A DNA stretch of 64,000 nt, taken from positions 181,958-245,957 of the forward strand of contig JAKQJC010000043.1 in assembly GCA_029561345.1 (NCBI GenBank), read 5' to 3'. Source of the DNA: Chloroflexota bacterium (lineage in GTDB: Bacteria > Chloroflexota > Anaerolineae > Anaerolineales > Anaerolineaceae). Both the position numbers and the translations under genes were made by a program. Below, one piece after another: positions 47,241 through 57,691 of the stretch (its first letter is position 1; the number at the start of each line of letters is the position of its first letter). The notes beneath the pieces are model-generated. The model was not told the origin of the DNA and searched no databases. It was given only the letters and a program-made list of their open reading frames with translations.

Positions 47241-49253
47241 TCAGGCCTTGGGTTGAGGAGCCGGGCCGGCGGGCGGCTGGGCATTGCGGTTTTCCGTCAT
47301 GCTCTGGCGAATCTGCTCGCGCAGGCGGTCAGCTTCGGGGCTGGTTTTGCGCGGCGCGGTCTTGTTCAGATCCACGCCCAATTTATCCGAGAGCAGCAGG
47401 GTGAGCAAGCCTTCCATCACATTGCTGCTGGAAGCGCTGCCGCCTTCGCCGCCGCTGTTGACCACCACTCGGGGCACCACGTCAATGTTGGCCGCCTGCA
47501 CGGCTTCGGCAAAGCGGGTGAGCACCTGCTGGGTCACCTGGAACTGCGGACCGCCGTAAGCGGCGACCTGTTCTTCGATGGCGATGGCCTGGGCAATACC
47601 GGTGCGGGCGATGCGTTCCGATTCGGCTTCGGCCATGGTGCGGATCTGGGCCGCCTGCTGCAGGGCGCGCTGGTATTCAGCCTTACCGTAGTTGGACTGC
47701 ACGGTGATGCCCAGTTCTGATTCGGTGATGTTGCGCTGCTGTTCGGCGCGGGCCTGGGTTTCGCGCAGTTCGCGTTCCTTGGCGGCAGCCGTTTGCTGGC
47801 GTGAATATGTTTCAACCTGCTCAACCGCGATCTGGCGCGAGCGCAACTGGTTCAGGATCATTTCGATCTGTTCATCGCCCACATCCGTGCCGGGGGTGCC
47901 GATGAGCACTTCTTCCAGTTCCAGGTTGTAGTGGCTGAACTTTTCCTTCATTTCCTGGCTGGCAATGTTTTGAATTTCACTGCGTTCCTGAATGAGCTGG
48001 ATGAGGGTGCGGGTCTGGCCGATGTTTTTGAAATAAGCCGAAACCATTGGATCGAGAGTCTGTTCAATCAGGCTTTTCACGTCGCCAAAGCGCTGAATGA
48101 CCAGCGGAGCTTTTTTATAGTCGATATGAATCACCACCGAAAGCGGCAGTGAGGGTTCAAAAGCATCTTTGGTGATGAGAGACACTTCGGTCAGGTTCTC
48201 ATCAAACTTGTGCGAACCCACTTCTGAGCGGATCCATTTGAGGATGACGTTGGTGGTGGGCACCATCACCATTTTGCCGGCATAAGTGTTGAAGGCATAT
48301 TTGCCGGGCAGCATGGGTTCGCTCCACACGCCGCGGAAGCCGCGCTGCACCAGTTCGCCGTGACGGTATTCTGCGCCAGAGAGGTCTTCACCGGCCGTGC
48401 CGTTGTAAGACACCACCACGCCCACCATGCCCACTTCCACAATGGTCTTGGGGATCATCTGGACGGTGGAAAACAGGCGGTTGAGGTAATAGGTGCCTTC
48501 CACCAGCACCTGCAGCTGGCGGCCGCGCAGGCCGCCAGCCTTCAGGAAGCGGTCGGGCATCTGGAAGTTGTTGTGGTAGGTTTCATTGTTGGCCGGATCT
48601 TCACCAACAATGGGCGCGATGATTTCGCCAGCCGGCAGGGAGGGGCCGTCGTGCACGGTGACGATGCCCACCAGGTCGTCCGAATCTTTGATGACGATGG
48701 GTGAAAAACCGCGGCGCTCGGCAATCACGCTGGTCATCGACTGGATGACCGTCTCTTCAGCGCGGCTGAGGGGCAGCAAATACACCCGTTCCTCGGTGAT
48801 GACGATGAACTGGGCCAGGTTGATGGCATAGGTGCCTTCGCGCAGGATCTGGCGCTGCGGGCCTTTTTGACCGCCGTTGTTCAGGAAGGCGCGCACGTCT
48901 TCAAAATTATTGGCGGTGGTGTTGGAGGCCAGGGTTTGCATGGGGCTCAACGGCTGGCCGTCGCGGGCAAACACGTACCCGATTTTACCCTGGGGAATGG
49001 TCACCAACGGCGCGATGTGCACGACGAACTGAATGGGCATCAGGTAGTGCAAACCACCGCGCAGCACTTCAGGCTGGTAGCCGGCTTCATTTTCGAGTGC
49101 GATGAAGCCGCCCTGGACGGATTTCTGGCCAAAGCGTTTTTCAACGATGCCAATACGGTTGTTGGGGATGAAACGGATGCCCGATAGGGCCAACCCCGCC
49201 ACCGCAATCAGCAGAATAACCAGAAAACCTATCAAAATACTGATGAACGGCAT
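47241..49253 (-). CDS. flotillin-family SPFH/band-7 membrane protein
   Basis: N-terminal TM MPFISILIGFLVILLIAVAGLAL, an SPFH domain, and a long EA-rich coiled-coil tail. Start is the internal Met of ORF 47241-49532. Confidence 0.85.
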   Translation of the reverse strand: MPFISILIGFLVILLIAVAGLALSGIRFIPNNRIGIVEKRFGQKSVQGGFIALENEAGYQPEVLRGGLHYLMPIQFVVHIAPLVTIPQGKIGYVFARDGQPLSPMQTLASNTTANNFEDVRAFLNNGGQKGPQRQILREGTYAINLAQFIVITEERVYLLPLSRAEETVIQSMTSVIAERRGFSPIVIKDSDDLVGIVTVHDGPSLPAGEIIAPIVGEDPANNETYHNNFQMPDRFLKAGGLRGRQLQVLVEGTYYLNRLFSTVQMIPKTIVEVGMVGVVVSYNGTAGEDLSGAEYRHGELVQRGFRGVWSEPMLPGKYAFNTYAGKMVMVPTTNVILKWIRSEVGSHKFDENLTEVSLITKDAFEPSLPLSVVIHIDYKKAPLVIQRFGDVKSLIEQTLDPMVSAYFKNIGQTRTLIQLIQERSEIQNIASQEMKEKFSHYNLELEEVLIGTPGTDVGDEQIEMILNQLRSRQIAVEQVETYSRQQTAAAKERELRETQARAEQQRNITESELGITVQSNYGKAEYQRALQQAAQIRTMAEAESERIARTGIAQAIAIEEQVAAYGGPQFQVTQQVLTRFAEAVQAANIDVVPRVVVNSGGEGGSASSSNVMEGLLTLLLSDKLGVDLNKTAPRKTSPEADRLREQIRQSMTENRNAQPPAGPAPQPKA

Positions 49254-49379
49254 AGTGTACCTTTCGAATAAAGATGGATACGATAAATTGATTATAGCCC
49301 CGAGGAGCAGGAATGGGGAGAGGTAATCGCCCTGGCCAGGCCGGTAGATAGGCTTTGATAGGAAGTGAGGGCAAAAGAA

Positions 49380-49405
49380 AGGGCCATCTGCTGAAAGATG
49401 GCCCT
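49380..49405 (-). terminator. rho-independent terminator after the MFS transporter gene
   Basis: AGGGCCAUCU-gcugaa-AGAUGGCCCU, followed on the minus strand by UUCUUUUGCCC. Confidence 0.6.
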
Positions 49406-49411
49406 GGCGGG

Positions 49412-50623
49412 TTAACTTTGGGCGGTTTTGGCGCCGGGTGCCGGCAGGCGCACCTGCATGGCAAAGAAGAAATTGACCACCGCGATGCAAGCACCGAAGA
49501 TGAAAACGGCCTGGAAGCCAAAGGTGTTCCACAGGTAGCCGCCCAGCAGAGCTGCCCCAATGGAAAAAATATGATCAATGGTGAGGCCGGCGGTGAGGGC
49601 CGGCTGCACATGGGTGGGATGCACGGCTGTTTTCTTCATGTAGGTGGAGCGCGCCATGCTCACCGACATCAGCATCTGGTCCAGCAGGTAGCAGACGATC
49701 ACGATGGCGAGAGCCGCATTTTCAGAGAAGAGGGTGGTGCTGAAGCCGTAACCCAGGCAAACCAGCACCAGCGCCACGGCTTCGGCGGCCAGCACGGTGC
49801 GCTCGCCCAGGCGGTCCACCATGCGCCCCAAAAAAGGCTGGAAGAGAATGCCGATCACCCCGCCGACGGTCATCAGGGTGGCCATGATGGAGGTGGGCTG
49901 CTTGAACACGGTCACCAGCACCCAGGGCGCAAAGGTGATGAAAAGCTGCTTGCGCGTGCCGTAGAGCACCGAAAGAATGTAAAACAGCGTGTATTCCTTA
50001 TGGAGCTGCAGATAGGGTTTGCGCACCAGGTTCTTTTCGGGCTGCATGAGGAACATCAGCACGGCAGCAATGGTCAGGCCAATGGCGGCCAGGGCAAAGG
50101 TGTGCTGGAAGGTGAAGCCCAAAAAGCGGAAGCCCAGGAAGACGATGAAGCTGCCCATGATGGTGGCCAGGTTGCGCAGGGCGTTGAGCTGGCCCAGGCG
50201 CTGGCCGGTTTTGCCTTCGTGCGCCAATTCCATGCCGATGGTGGTGGCCAGGGGCATGAAGAGGTGCTGGCCCATGCTGTAAATGAATAGCCAGATCACC
50301 ATCACGCCGTAGGAAACCGAAAAGAAACCCACCAAAGCAGCGCCGGCGGCCGCCAGCCCCAGGGCAAAGACGCCCAGCCGCCGGCTGCACAAAAACCACA
50401 GCGCCGCCGAAACGAACACCACCAGGAAGCCCGGAAGTTCGCGGGGAAACTCCAAAAAGGAGCGCTGGAAGCTGTCGAGCGTGAAAGTTTCGTTGAGAAA
50501 GTTGTTGAGCGTGGAATCCATCATGCTGTAAGCCATGCCCAGCACCAGCGAGGCGATGGCAAACAGGAATAATTCACGAGGCATCTGGCGCAGACGGTTG
50601 ATTAAGGCGTTCACGGGGTCCAT
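49412..50623 (-). CDS. MFS transporter
   Basis: Twelve predicted TM helices with MFS-type loop motifs; 403 aa. Confidence 0.8.
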   Translation of the reverse strand: MDPVNALINRLRQMPRELFLFAIASLVLGMAYSMMDSTLNNFLNETFTLDSFQRSFLEFPRELPGFLVVFVSAALWFLCSRRLGVFALGLAAAGAALVGFFSVSYGVMVIWLFIYSMGQHLFMPLATTIGMELAHEGKTGQRLGQLNALRNLATIMGSFIVFLGFRFLGFTFQHTFALAAIGLTIAAVLMFLMQPEKNLVRKPYLQLHKEYTLFYILSVLYGTRKQLFITFAPWVLVTVFKQPTSIMATLMTVGGVIGILFQPFLGRMVDRLGERTVLAAEAVALVLVCLGYGFSTTLFSENAALAIVIVCYLLDQMLMSVSMARSTYMKKTAVHPTHVQPALTAGLTIDHIFSIGAALLGGYLWNTFGFQAVFIFGACIAVVNFFFAMQVRLPAPGAKTAQS

Positions 50624-50678
50624 CCTGGATCAGAGATAGGATTAATGCCCCCCAAGTATACCGCAAAAGATATCAAAA

Positions 50679-50708
50679 CCGCCCTTCCGAAAAAAATGGA
50701 AGGGCGGC
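50679..50708 (-). terminator. rho-independent terminator after the nucleoside phosphorylase gene
   Basis: CCGCCCUUCC-gaaaaaaau-GGAAGGGCGG, followed on the minus strand by UUUUGAUAUCUUUUG. Confidence 0.65.
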
Positions 50709-50717
50709 GGATAAATA

Positions 50718-51473
50718 TCACAGCTCCAGACAGGCTTCGGCGGCCAGCCAGAAAAGTTTCTGGCGCACCGAGGTGCGGCTGACCCAGTCGCGTCCATCCC
50801 AGGCATCGGGAATGACCACGTCGCCACCGTACAGGATCTGGCCAAAGATGATGCGGCGGAATTGGGCCACGGCAAAAAAGGCCGCAGCTTCCATTTCCAC
50901 GGCGGTGCAGCCTTCGGCGCGGCGGGCCGAGGCCTTGGGGGCGGTTTCGCGGTAAATGGCATCGGTGGTCCAGGTTTTCATCAGAAGGTATTCCACTCCG
51001 TGGCGCTGCAGCACGGTTTCGATGGCTTTCACGCCCTCCGGCGAGGGGACAATTTCGCGGGTGGGCGGCAGGTAATGGTAGGAGGTGCCTTCGTCGCGCA
51101 CAGCACTGGTGGGCACCAGCAGGTGCCCCACGGCAATGTTCTTATCCAGCACGCCGCAGCCGCCGCAGGCAATGAATTTGCGCGAACCGCGGGCAATCTG
51201 CTCTTCCAGAATGGCGGCTGCCAGCGGCGCGCCAACGCCGGGATGCAGCACAGCCAGGCGCCGCCCGGAAAGTTGAATTTCGTAAACCGGATGATCGCCC
51301 ATTTCAGAATGAGAAACCGCCACCTGGCGGGCCTGGCCGCTGCTGACCAGTTCATCAATCACATCTTGAAAGAAACAAATCACGGCATGTTCGGGCACGT
51401 CCATGGTTTTAATCAGACGCGAGGGCTCCAGAATGCCTTCGGGGGTGGAATCAAATTCAAGAATGGGGTACAT
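50718..51473 (-). CDS. nucleoside phosphorylase (PNP/UDP family 1)
   Basis: TWTTDAIYRET and VEMEAAAFF motifs of the PNP/UDP phosphorylase-I family. Confidence 0.8.
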   Translation of the reverse strand: MYPILEFDSTPEGILEPSRLIKTMDVPEHAVICFFQDVIDELVSSGQARQVAVSHSEMGDHPVYEIQLSGRRLAVLHPGVGAPLAAAILEEQIARGSRKFIACGGCGVLDKNIAVGHLLVPTSAVRDEGTSYHYLPPTREIVPSPEGVKAIETVLQRHGVEYLLMKTWTTDAIYRETAPKASARRAEGCTAVEMEAAAFFAVAQFRRIIFGQILYGGDVVIPDAWDGRDWVSRTSVRQKLFWLAAEACLEL

Positions 51474-51717
51474 GGGCGCGTCCTTTGGATGATCATTTTA
51501 TTTGAGGATGAATGCTGGCGATATTTTATCAGAGAAAACCTGCTTTGGATGCAGTAAAATGATAAAATAAATGGGCAAGCTTGCACCTGTGCATCCGGTC
51601 AGGAAGAGGCGGATGGGCCTGTGTTTTGCAAAAATTAAGAAAGCAGATCAGGGGTGCGGGGCAGCCCGCCTTATTTGCCCATGTTTGAGCTGTTATGCCG
51701 TTCGATTGGATAAATGG

Positions 51718-52602
51718 ATGACAAACTACATTTACTTTGGCGATAATCTTGAACTTTTGAGGCGCATCAGCGATGCATCCATCCCGCTGATTTATATTGA
51801 TCCGCCGTTTAATTCTGGAAAACAACAGTCCCGCACCCAGATAAGGACAGTTCGGGACCCCGAAGGCCGCCGGAAAGGGTTTATGGGTTCGTCGTATCGA
51901 ACAGAAGAAATCGGCACAAAACAATATGCCGATACGTTTGATGATTACGAAGGATTTATCAGGCCGCGCCTTGAGGAAGCCTACCGGGTTCTTGCGCCAA
52001 ACGGCAGCCTGTATTTTCATATTGATTACCGTGAAGTGCATTATTGCAAGATCTGGCTGGATCAAATTTTTGGCCGGGACAGTTTTATTAATGAAATTAT
52101 TTGGGCTTACGATTACGGCGGCAAACCGCGTAAAAAATGGCCGGCCAAACATGATAATATTCTTTATTATGTAAAAAATCCGGATGATTACGTTTTTAAT
52201 GTGGACGATATTGACCGTGAGCCTTATATGGCGCCTGGCCTGGTGGGGCCAGAGAAAGCAGAACGGGGAAAACTGCCCACGGATACGTGGTGGTGGTCCA
52301 TTGTAGGTACAAACAGCAAAGAACGCAATGGCTACCCCACCCAGAAGCCGCTGGGCATTCTTAACCGGATTATCAGAGCCTCATCCAATCAGGGCGATGT
52401 GGTGCTGGATTTTTTTGCCGGCAGCGGCACAACCGGCGAGAGTTGCTTAAAGCTGGGCCGAAAATTTATTTTAATGGATAATAATATTGAAGCCATGGAA
52501 GTGATGGCTAAAAGATTTGCTGCTGCTGTTGATGATATTGAATGGGAAAATTACAAACCCGAAGCATCCGTTCAATCTGGCCATGACTTTAACACCGAGT
52601 GA
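51718..52602 (+). CDS. DNA methyltransferase (N6-adenine/N4-cytosine, DPPF-motif family), orphan
   Basis: IYIDPPFN catalytic motif IV, followed by the AdoMet motif (VLDFFAGSGTTG). AT-rich gene and flanks. No cognate restriction nuclease is evident nearby. Confidence 0.85.
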   Translation: MTNYIYFGDNLELLRRISDASIPLIYIDPPFNSGKQQSRTQIRTVRDPEGRRKGFMGSSYRTEEIGTKQYADTFDDYEGFIRPRLEEAYRVLAPNGSLYFHIDYREVHYCKIWLDQIFGRDSFINEIIWAYDYGGKPRKKWPAKHDNILYYVKNPDDYVFNVDDIDREPYMAPGLVGPEKAERGKLPTDTWWWSIVGTNSKERNGYPTQKPLGILNRIIRASSNQGDVVLDFFAGSGTTGESCLKLGRKFILMDNNIEAMEVMAKRFAAAVDDIEWENYKPEASVQSGHDFNTE

Positions 52603-52720
52603 ATCGTTCTGAACAGATATATCCTTTATCTCGATTCGCCGCTTTTAAGATTTACTGTAGAGCTCTATTGATATGGAACTCCGGTTCAACTTGTTGATGC
52701 AGCCCAATTACAGGTAAAAC

Positions 52721-53677
52721 ATGATCAGAATCTCTCTGCCTTTGATGAAAATATATCTGAATGCCATCCTTTCTCAGCGTAAAAGACTGGCCTGGCTATT
52801 TCTTCTTGCTGGCACGCTGCTGTGCGCCGGTTCTAACACCGGCGAGGCGCATTCACTGGAAGGGGAACAGGTTTTCCTGCCCCTGGCCTTTAATCAAAGC
52901 CGGCATTATTATGCGGCGGTAACGGGCATTGATCCATCCATGACAGATGTCTTTTTGTTGGGGCAGTCCCTGGGCAACCAGGCGGATGTTTTTTCAAAAA
53001 TTGGCGACAGCATCACTGATAATGAGAATTTTCTTTACCCCATTGGGCAGGGGCAATATAACCTGTACACTTATGATGACCTGCAGCCCGTCATCACTTA
53101 TTTTTCACAAAAATTGATTCGAAATGATCATAACTCGTTTTCCAATGTCTCCCTGGCTGCCCGCAGCGGCTGGACCACCGGCCAGGTGCTGGATCCGGCA
53201 TTCGCAGACCCATCTGCCTGCCAGGCGCAGGAGAGCCCGCTGGTTTGTGAATATCGCATCAGCAGGCCGGCGGTGGCGTTAATATTGCTGGGCACCAATG
53301 ACCTTGGCCTGTCAGTTCCCCTGGCCACAACGGAAGCCAATTTGCGGGTTATCATTGCGACGACGTTGGATGCTGGCATTGTGCCAGTGATCAGCACCGT
53401 TCCCCCCATTAATCAATGGTGGCAGGTTCAAAAAGTGATTATCTATAATAACCTGATCAGGAATCTGGCAAAGGATTACAAAATTCCGCTGTGGGATTAC
53501 TACAGTTTGATGATGGTGCTGCCTGACTACGGGGCAGGACCTGACGGGGTGCACCCCAGTTTTCCACCCGGAGAAGCGGCCAATTTCAGTCAGGCGAACC
53601 TGCAATACGGCATGACCGTGCGAAATTTTTCGGCGTTATATGTTTTACAGGCGGTCAAAGAGACGGTTTATCCCTGA
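52721..53677 (+). CDS. secreted SGNH/GDSL-family hydrolase
   Basis: Signal-anchor N-terminus, block I IGDSIT, block III GTND, block V DGVHP. Confidence 0.75.
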   Translation: MIRISLPLMKIYLNAILSQRKRLAWLFLLAGTLLCAGSNTGEAHSLEGEQVFLPLAFNQSRHYYAAVTGIDPSMTDVFLLGQSLGNQADVFSKIGDSITDNENFLYPIGQGQYNLYTYDDLQPVITYFSQKLIRNDHNSFSNVSLAARSGWTTGQVLDPAFADPSACQAQESPLVCEYRISRPAVALILLGTNDLGLSVPLATTEANLRVIIATTLDAGIVPVISTVPPINQWWQVQKVIIYNNLIRNLAKDYKIPLWDYYSLMMVLPDYGAGPDGVHPSFPPGEAANFSQANLQYGMTVRNFSALYVLQAVKETVYP

Positions 53678-53784
53678 TCCACCACACTGACAACCCTTTA
53701 GCTCACAGTTGAGGGGGTTTCTCTCGCCGGCGGAAAGGGTTTTTTAAGATTGTGGTATACTAGCGCATGGAGGTTCATATTGGC

Positions 53785-55542
53785 ATGAGTTTCACGCCGC
53801 AAAATCCCCTGGTGATCCAGTCTGATAAAACCGTTTTGCTGGAAGTGCAGAACGATCTATACGCCGAGGCGCGCGACGCTTTGGCGCGTTTTGCCGAACT
53901 GGAAAAAAGCCCGGAATACCTGCACACCTACCGCATCACCCCGCTTTCGCTGTGGAATGCGGCCGCCTCGGGCCTGGCGGCGGAAGAAATCATTGCTGCG
54001 CTGCAGCAGTACGCCAAGTATGACGTGCCTTCCAATGTGGTCATTGACATCCGCGATACCATCTCGCGGTTTGGCCGCCTGAAGCTCAGCAAACAGGATG
54101 AACACCTGCTCCTCAGCTCGGAAGACGCCGCGCTGATGGAGGAAATTTCGCGCCACAAGCAGATTGGCCCGCTGCTCAAAGAGCGCGTGGATGCCCATTC
54201 CGCCCTGGTGGACCCGGCTCTGCGCGGGCACATCAAACAGGCGCTGATTGCTTTTGGCTTTCCGGCGGAAGACCTGGCGGGTTACACGGACGGGGCCGTG
54301 CTGCCCTTTCAACTGCGTGCACACACCCTCACCGGGCATGATTTCGGCCTGCGCCCCTATCAGCAGGAATCGGTGGATGTGTTCCATGCCGGCGGGACGG
54401 CACGCGGCGGCAGCGGCGTGATTGTGCTGCCCTGCGGCGCCGGCAAGACCATTGTGGGCATGGGGGTCATGTCGGCCCTGCAAACCCACACCCTCATCCT
54501 CACCCCCTCCACCGTGGCAGCCCGCCAGTGGATTGATGAACTGCTCGACAAGACCACCCTCACCGAAGACCAGATTGGCGAATACACCGGCCTGTCCAAG
54601 CAGGTGCGCCCGGTGACCATCAGCACCTATCAAATCATCACCTACCGCAAGCGCGGCACCAGCAGCTACCCCCATTTTGCCCTTTTCAACCAGGGCAACT
54701 GGGGGTTGATCATTTATGACGAGGTGCATTTGCTGCCGGCGCCGGTGTTCCGCATCACCGCCGATTTGCAGGCGCGCCGCCGCCTGGGCCTGACGGCCAC
54801 CCTGGTGCGCGAGGACCGGCGCGAAACGGATGTGTTCACCCTGATTGGCCCCAAAAAACACGATATTCCCTGGAAAGCGATGGAAAAACAGGGCTGGATT
54901 GCCGAGGCCGAATGCTACGAGGTGCGCGTGCCCCTGCGCGAGGAAGACCGCATGGAATACGCCATCACCTCGGAAGATTTGAAATACCGCTTTGCCGCCG
55001 AAAACCCGCGCAAATTTGAAATGCTGGACCAGGTGATTGCCAAGCACCCGGAAGATAATATTCTCATTATCGGCATGTACCTCAGCCAGCTCAGCGCGGT
55101 CGCCGAGCGCTACCAGGCGCCGCTGATCACCGGCGAAACGCCCATTGTGGAGCGCCAGAAGCTGTTTGAGCGTTTCCGCAGCGGCGAGGTGCGCCTGCTG
55201 GTGGTTTCAAAGGTGGCCAACTTTGCCATTGATCTGCCGGATGCCAATGTGGCCATTCAGATTTCGGGCACCTTTGGCTCGCGCCAGGAAGAAGCCCAGC
55301 GCCTCGGGCGCATTTTGCGCCCCAAGCGCAACGGCCTGCTGGCGCATTTCTATTCTATTGTCACCCGCGACACCCGCGATCAGGATTTTGCCGCCAACCG
55401 CCAGATGTTCCTCACCGAACAGGGTTACCGCTACAACATCATCTACGATTACGAACTGCCCGGTTTTCACCCTGCCACGCTGAGCGGCCAGGTGCGTGAA
55501 ATTACACCATCCCTGCTGGAGGACGGACGTGCACCCGCTTAG
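53785..55542 (+). CDS. XPB/Ssl2-type SF2 DNA helicase (bacterial ERCC3 homologue)
   Basis: Motif I LPCGAGKT, motif II DEVH, the XPB-specific RED motif (LTATLVREDRRE), a thumb-like insertion and an N-terminal damage-recognition-like domain. Start is at the second ATG with a GGAGG RBS; the first ATG at 53767 is the alternative. Confidence 0.88.
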   Translation: MSFTPQNPLVIQSDKTVLLEVQNDLYAEARDALARFAELEKSPEYLHTYRITPLSLWNAAASGLAAEEIIAALQQYAKYDVPSNVVIDIRDTISRFGRLKLSKQDEHLLLSSEDAALMEEISRHKQIGPLLKERVDAHSALVDPALRGHIKQALIAFGFPAEDLAGYTDGAVLPFQLRAHTLTGHDFGLRPYQQESVDVFHAGGTARGGSGVIVLPCGAGKTIVGMGVMSALQTHTLILTPSTVAARQWIDELLDKTTLTEDQIGEYTGLSKQVRPVTISTYQIITYRKRGTSSYPHFALFNQGNWGLIIYDEVHLLPAPVFRITADLQARRRLGLTATLVREDRRETDVFTLIGPKKHDIPWKAMEKQGWIAEAECYEVRVPLREEDRMEYAITSEDLKYRFAAENPRKFEMLDQVIAKHPEDNILIIGMYLSQLSAVAERYQAPLITGETPIVERQKLFERFRSGEVRLLVVSKVANFAIDLPDANVAIQISGTFGSRQEEAQRLGRILRPKRNGLLAHFYSIVTRDTRDQDFAANRQMFLTEQGYRYNIIYDYELPGFHPATLSGQVREITPSLLEDGRAPA

Positions 55543-57691
55543 CCTTTACCTGACCCTGCTGGACGATACGCTGACCGCAAAAGGCCGCAGCGTGTTTGCA
55601 CAAGGTGAATTTAAAATCATCGATATTGATTTGAGTGCCAACAAACTGCGGGCAGAGCTCAATTTTCGCGGCATGACTTACCTGACCGGGGTAGGATTTA
55701 ATCAAGACAGCCTGTCTTGTTCTTGTGATTGCACCAACGCCAGGCTCGCTCCTTGCGAGCATGTGGCGGCCCTGCTGTTCTATCTCCTTGAACTTGAGAC
55801 CGAAAAAAAAGCGGATGTGGTGGAAATCCTGGAAAAACTCATGGATGATTTTGAACCTGGTCAGTCTGGCAGCAAGGTCATGGCAAAAGCAGGCGGCAAA
55901 ACCAGAACTTTTTTTGAGATTTATGATGGTAAATCTCAGATAATGTTTGACCTGGCCTTGCAGCCGCAGCCGTTGGCGAAAATTCAGGCGAGCTATGCCG
56001 CGGCTTTGAATTACTATACTCTGGCCCAGATGCGCCCGATGGCGGCGCGCCTGGGGTTGAAAAAAACCACCGGCCTGCACCGTGATGACCTGATAAAAGC
56101 CCTTGTCGGCGCTCTGGCGCAGCCCGAATCTGTGCGCGCCCGTTTGGAGAAGCTCTCTGATGCGGATCTGCGGTTTCTGGTCCGGCTTTGTTTATTGTCG
56201 CTCAGCGACACGAAGGTAAACCTGGCTGAAATATCCAAAAAAATGCCGGAATTCAAAGGGGGCGGGGCGGCGATACTGGGTCCGCTGCTGGAAGCAGACC
56301 TGGTTTTTCCCTATGCATCAGACAAGTTATTGATTGTCCCGTTGGGTTTGCTGCCTGTTCTGATGGAAAAAATGGACCTGTTTCCGGCCTTTGAGGTGAC
56401 CCGTGAGCAGGTGCAATTGGCCCGCCCGGATGGGCTGGCCAGGCTTTGCCTGAATGCCGCCGCCGCCGCCTCGGCCGGCCTGCTGGAATTTAATCACCCC
56501 GGCACCATGGATTCTTTCTCAGGTGTCCCCCACATTAAGGATGGGCGACAGAATACTGAAATTTCTGCCTGGCCGCATATGTTCACGGATGCCACCTGCC
56601 GACTGCTGGATCCTCAATCAAAACTGCCGCGAGCCATCCTGGATGTGCTGGGACGGGCGATGCTGGCAGCGGGCTTTCTGACCCCGCGCACAGGCAGACC
56701 CGCCGCCGAATTTTTCCATTGGCTGCAATTGGACCCGCCCCGGCAGCAGAAGGCCCTCTTCGTGGCCGCCGTCAGCCATGCCAACATTGCCGAATTGGAA
56801 AATTTAACCCGGCTGGGCAAAATCAGAGTGGTGGAGAGCTACTATCTGATGAACGGCGCCCAGATTTTGAACTGGGTGAAGCAGCTGCGCTCTCAGGTAT
56901 TCACCTTTTTATCACTGACGCAGCAGAATCGTTGGGTAAGTTTCGATGCCTTTTTGAAGTATGCCTTCACCACCGCCCCCGACTCATCCACCCTTTTTTC
57001 ATTCCAAAAAGGCGGAGAAAAGCTGTCTGTGCGGGAATTTTCCGATTGGAAGCAAACGGTAGGTGTGGTCATTCAAAACATGATTTGTGAATTGGCCCAC
57101 GGCCTGGGCATGGTGGATCTGGCCTGGGCAAACCATAATGAGCTGGCCGCCTTCCGCCTGACCTCGCTGGGCGCTTACATGCTGGACCTTATCCCCCAGC
57201 CAGACCTGCCGGCTGAAGGTGACGGCGGAATCGAGATGCTGCCGGGGCGCCAGCTGCGTTTGAAGGTGCAGGAGGCCGGGCCGGCCGCCCTGCGCCTGGC
57301 CATGCTGGCCGGTGAATTGAAAAAGACGGACAAAAATGGCTGGGTGTATGAATTGACCGCCGAAGGACTGGCGCGCGCTTTTGAAAGCGGATTGACCAGC
57401 GCCCAGATCAGGGCGGTTTTGGGCTCACAAATTCCAGAAGATACCGCAGAATGGCTCAACCAGTGTTACGAGCGGCGCGGCCGTCTGAACATTTACCCGC
57501 GCATCGCCCTGATCCAGCTTCAGGATAACTATGCCCTGCCCGAGCTGATGGCCGGTACCCTGCTGGGCGGAAAAATCCTTTACCGCATCAGCCCCACCCT
57601 GGTGGCGGTGCGCCCTGAAGATGTGGAGGCGATTCTGACTGATTTGCAGAAAAAAGGTTACACGCCGCGCGTGAGGGGGGAAACAAAATGA
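55529..57691 (+). CDS. XPB-associated large protein with N-terminal SWIM zinc finger
   Basis: CSCDCTNARLAPCEHVAALLF fits the CxCxnCxH SWIM pattern. GTG start with GGAGGA RBS overlaps the XPB stop; the ORF track starts at an upstream GTG, 55496. C-terminal module is paralogous to the next gene. Confidence 0.7.
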   Translation: MHPLSLYLTLLDDTLTAKGRSVFAQGEFKIIDIDLSANKLRAELNFRGMTYLTGVGFNQDSLSCSCDCTNARLAPCEHVAALLFYLLELETEKKADVVEILEKLMDDFEPGQSGSKVMAKAGGKTRTFFEIYDGKSQIMFDLALQPQPLAKIQASYAAALNYYTLAQMRPMAARLGLKKTTGLHRDDLIKALVGALAQPESVRARLEKLSDADLRFLVRLCLLSLSDTKVNLAEISKKMPEFKGGGAAILGPLLEADLVFPYASDKLLIVPLGLLPVLMEKMDLFPAFEVTREQVQLARPDGLARLCLNAAAAASAGLLEFNHPGTMDSFSGVPHIKDGRQNTEISAWPHMFTDATCRLLDPQSKLPRAILDVLGRAMLAAGFLTPRTGRPAAEFFHWLQLDPPRQQKALFVAAVSHANIAELENLTRLGKIRVVESYYLMNGAQILNWVKQLRSQVFTFLSLTQQNRWVSFDAFLKYAFTTAPDSSTLFSFQKGGEKLSVREFSDWKQTVGVVIQNMICELAHGLGMVDLAWANHNELAAFRLTSLGAYMLDLIPQPDLPAEGDGGIEMLPGRQLRLKVQEAGPAALRLAMLAGELKKTDKNGWVYELTAEGLARAFESGLTSAQIRAVLGSQIPEDTAEWLNQCYERRGRLNIYPRIALIQLQDNYALPELMAGTLLGGKILYRISPTLVAVRPEDVEAILTDLQKKGYTPRVRGETK

